This document shows, piece after piece, positions 60,406 through 64,000 of a DNA stretch of 64,000 bases. Origin of the DNA: Blastocladiella emersonii ATCC 22665. Lineage: Eukaryota; Fungi; Blastocladiomycota. Position 1 is the first letter of the stretch. Each line of letters begins with the position of its first letter. Location: the NCBI GenBank assembly GCA_025594325.1, contig JANHCV010000001.1:2914001-2978000 (forward strand), written 5' to 3'. The notes beneath the pieces are model-generated. The model did not search any database. It worked only from the letters and a program-made list of their open reading frames with translations, and was not told the DNA's origin. The translations under genes were made by a program, and so were the position numbers.

Positions 60406-61271
60406 AGTTGTGGGGGGATGGATTAAAATCGAATCTTAAATTGCATGCAAAAAGTGTCTCAAAGTGCCCGCGTGACTTCCGCGTGATGTCTCCAACTTCA
60501 CGCGTCACGCGTCGCGGGTCCGTCGATGCATGCGAGGGAACGGACTCGTGCGCATACATCCAGCGCAATCTGGGAGCGGTACTGCGGCTAGGGAATAAAA
60601 GCTGCTTTTGCCTCCACAACTAGTCAAGGCGCGAGAAATATCACCGAATCACACATGCCATCAAGTATGTCGTGGCTCCAGCTTCCGATTAAGTTCGTTC
60701 GCTCACGCGTTGCATCGCTAGCCTTGTTCGCTCATCCTGGCAACTCGGGTAACTCGTCGCCGAAAGGTCTGCATGCTAGCGCTCGTCCGCCACGGGTCTT
60801 GCAGGCCGACGTGGGCCACAAACTCGTCCAGTTAGCCCCGGCCAGGCCCGCGACTGCGTCGAATGCGGCCGTTCACCCAGAACAGCTTCGCCAGCTGACC
60901 GCTACTCTCACCAAGTTTGTGCAGAATGGTCCAACGGGCCCGCGGCCAGCCGCGCCAACGTGGACTGTGCAGCGCGCCTGCCTTCCATCAGCAACCAGCG
61001 TGACGCTGGACGGAAGTTGACCACGGTCATGGCCGTTCTCATTACGCGGCCGGCCCTCGAGCGGGCAAAGACTCGTTTTCCTTGATACCCTTGACAATAC
61101 GTGCTCTTGGTCGTCATTTCATGTGAGTGCCGCACAGAGGGAGCGCCGCTCAGCGAGAGACGTGTCGTCGATCATGCGCGCCATCACGCCCGCCGTCGCA
61201 GCACGCTCGACCTATGAAGCAAAACCGTTGGAAACTAGATTACACACAATAAAAAAACTCTTTCTCACTCG

Positions 61272-64000
61272 CTACTCGACGGGCTTGTTCTCGGCCAAAT
61301 AGTTGTTGATGATGGCCACGACCTGCTGCCGGAACGTCTCGATGGCCACGGGGTCGGGCGACTCGACGGCGCGGAAGTCGATGGACGGGTTGGTGTGGAA
61401 GATGCGGAACGAGTACATGGTCGAGTACCCCTCCACGACCTGCGCCATGAGCCGCGAGTCGACGCCGCGGATCTCTACATTGCGTTACGGAGGGTCAGCG
61501 ACAATCCGAGCGAAACTGAGAAGCGTTCGTACCCGACATGCGCATGTCCCACTCGCTGCGCAGCTTGCGCAGGCGGACCATGATGATCACCGTCGTGCTG
61601 ACAATGCACACGTAGTCCTCCTTTTTGGTCTCTACACTCGACCAAAAGGTCAGCGCCGACTCGAAACCACGGCCGAGTTCGCAAACACCATACCAAAGTG
61701 GCGGACGTAGTGCAGCCCCGCGTGCTCGCCGTTGTCCGTCTGGTGCAGCCAGTACTGCCCGAGGGCCTCGCGCTCCGAAAATGGCCGGAGCACGCCGTCT
61801 TCGCCAATGAACCGCGGCAGACGGACCTACACGAATGTGGGAGCGTCAGTCATCGACCGAGACGGGCGCAGCGCAGCGCAGCAGCGTACCCGATCAATCT
61901 CGGCGGAGTCGTCGAGCACCGTCGTCGTGTTCTTGACACCCTCGGAAATGTTGCTGGCCATGTCGAACAGGCCGACGACGGGCTTGGCCGCGAGCCCAAT
62001 GAGGCCCTTGCCGACGCCCTTGAAGAACCCGCCGAACCCCTCCTTCTCGGCGCCCTCGATGGGCTTCGTGATCACGCCCGTGACGCCCGAGACGACGCCC
62101 TTTGCAAGCGACTTGGCGCCGGTCGTGACGCCGAACAGCGCGTGGCGCGGGCGGTTGCGGATGCGCGACATCTGGCGCGCCGTCTGGAACGACTCGTCGA
62201 GCGTGGCCATGGCGAGACCCTTGCCGACGGCGCCCGTGAACTTGGCGAACCCGTCGGCGACGCCGTACACGGCCTTGCCCACGAACGTCGCCGTGCCCTT
62301 GGCGAGCCCGATGCCGAGGTCCGCGGGGCTGTCGCTGACGATGCCCTGGTACGGCTCGTAGAAGATGTCCTGCACGCCCGACGCGAGGTTGTTGAACAGG
62401 CCGACGGGGTTGCCGAGAAAGTCGGCGGACCCGAGGATCGCGAACATCTTGGAGAACACCTGGTCGTAGTAGTGCGTGTAGATGGCGTCCGAGAGTAGCG
62501 CCGTCGACACGATCGGGTGCTCGAGCGTGAGCGCGTTGAAGGCGAGCGGGAAGTTGTGCACGTTGCCGAGCCCCGCGCCAATGATCTTGGTGAAGAACGA
62601 GAAGAAGTTGACGCCGCCCGTGTCGTTGAACGAGAAGGTCAGGTTCAGCTTGATGGGGTGGATCTGGAACGCCTCAAAGTACATGAGGTTCGCGTAGTCC
62701 TGCGTGACAGGCGGCGTCGGCGCGAGCTTGCTCGACCACGTCACCTCGTGCCGCGTCCCGTCGTCGAGCGTCAGGAACCGCGCAATCGCGTTGATGAGCT
62801 CCTGGTCGATGGACACGGACATCTCCTGCAGCAGGAATGCGCAGTACTTGTAGTACTGGATGCCGTGCGACTGGTCCTTGGACTTGACCAGCGCGAGCTT
62901 GATGGCCTGGTGCTCCTTGGAGTCGCGCGACAGCTCGGTCGGGAACAGCACAATGGGCTCGAGCGCCTTGGACAGCTGGTTGTCGATCTGGATCCAGTGC
63001 ACGTCGGCGCCGTACGTGTAGTACAGGTTCGTGTCGTTGTACTTGAGGCACAGGTCCGAGAACGAGAGGTACAGCAGCTCCTGCGTGCCGTCGATGAGCG
63101 ACACGCCGAGGTGCACGTTGATCTGGATCGCGAAGTTGACGATGCTGTGTACGTCAATCACCTCGAACGCGAGGTTGCCCGCGCTGCTCGTGTTGCTGCT
63201 GACACTCGCCGTCGACCCGCGCCGCTCGTTGCGGCGGTAGATGGACTTTTTCGGGTTGTAGTGCGTGATCTGCAGCACGCGCGTGGTCCCGTCGATCATG
63301 AGGTCCATGGCAAACACGCGGCGCCGGTTGCCGATCGAGATCTCCCACGGGACCATGGCGCCGACCTCGAACAGGTTGACGTTGCGCTTGCGGTCGCCGC
63401 TCGCGCCCTCGACCGCGAGCGCGATGGCGCGGTCGCTGGCCGTCGGATCGTCGAGCGCGTAGTTGGCCGACCGCCCCGCGGGCACCGTGTACCGCTTGCG
63501 CGACGCGACGCCCGATTGCGTGAAGTGGACCGTGTAGTTGGTGAGGTTCTCGATGCGGTACGGCCAGCGGTCCGACTGCTTGACGAACATGAACAGCGTG
63601 GCCTCGTGCAGGACAATGTCGACCTCGAGGAGCAGCGGCGCGGGCGCGCTGGGGCTGCCGCTGGCCGTCTCGAGCGGGTCCATGCGCGCAAACACCTGGC
63701 CGACCTCGTGCATGCGGAGCGGCGCCGACCAGTCGTGCTGCGCGGGCCCGGCGGCGCCGTTGGCGAACCGGAACACGATGAGCTTGTGCATGTTGCGGTG
63801 CAGCCACTGGACTGGCATCTCGGCGCCGTCGGGGCACTCGCCGATCTCGGGCGTCATGGCCTGCTTCCACTGCAGCGGGCGGCCCGTCATGTTCTTGACC
63901 ACGTAGCGCGGGCTGAAGGCGATCACCTTGCTCACGGCGAACCGGTCGGCGCCGCCCTCGGTGACCGAGATCCCGACGTGCCAGCTGCGCGTGCGGTCGA
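61272..64000 (-). CDS. VPS13: Vps13 lipid-transfer protein, 3' part (VAB/SHR-BD, APT1, ATG_C, PH-like); 5' end lies outside the window
   Basis: KVIAFSPRYVVKN, WSAPLRMHEVG, QELLYLSFSDL, WIQIDNQL, YFEAFQIHPIKLNLTF, LGSADFLGNPVGLFNNLASGVQDIFYEPYQG, GVITKPIEGAEKEGFGGFFKGVGKGLIG. Confidence 0.96.

Noticed and set aside
60410-61265. About 860-nt lower-GC gap between the convergent esterase and VPS13 genes, with a 121-aa ORF (60655-61020)
   Set aside because: No codon bias, motif or repeat structure was seen; it is most simply two 3' UTRs plus spacer.

Overview
A gene-dense 64 kb window from a very GC-rich eukaryote, most consistent with an early-diverging fungus. It has short GT-AG introns with CTGAC/CTAAC branch sites, fungal-type genes, and a retained CstF-50. 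About 28 mostly housekeeping genes are present: SEA4/MIOS (partial), EME1, APN2, ARG1, a Gcn4/CpcA-like bZIP, two single-pass membrane SH3 proteins, CSTF1, DBR1, NUDT21, MPP10, RPT6, RPS21, PIS1, a penta-EF protein, Asterix/PAT10, RIC1, RPL16, NUP53, PP2A-B56, mL44, GPI2, RPL23, an orphan coiled-coil/AT-hook protein, SWC4, UPS2, an HSL-family esterase and VPS13 (partial). No rRNA, tRNA, CRISPR array or intact transposon was recognised. The most unusual signals are these. (1) All three ribosomal-protein genes have oversized first introns (334, 967 and 590 nt) with long complementary stems, including two crossing stems in RPS21. (2) A Gcn4-like factor sits directly upstream of ARG1, with a perfect TGACTCA site in its own promoter and no AUG uORF in its proximal leader. 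(3) An internally deleted, Walker-A-less ABCC mini-gene lies between APN2 and a decayed copy of the APN2 3' end. (4) NUDT21 has an 11-nt microexon and two uORFs. (5) A frameshifted relic gene of unrecognised family lies before RPL23. All exon structures were read by eye; no database search or folding computation was run.
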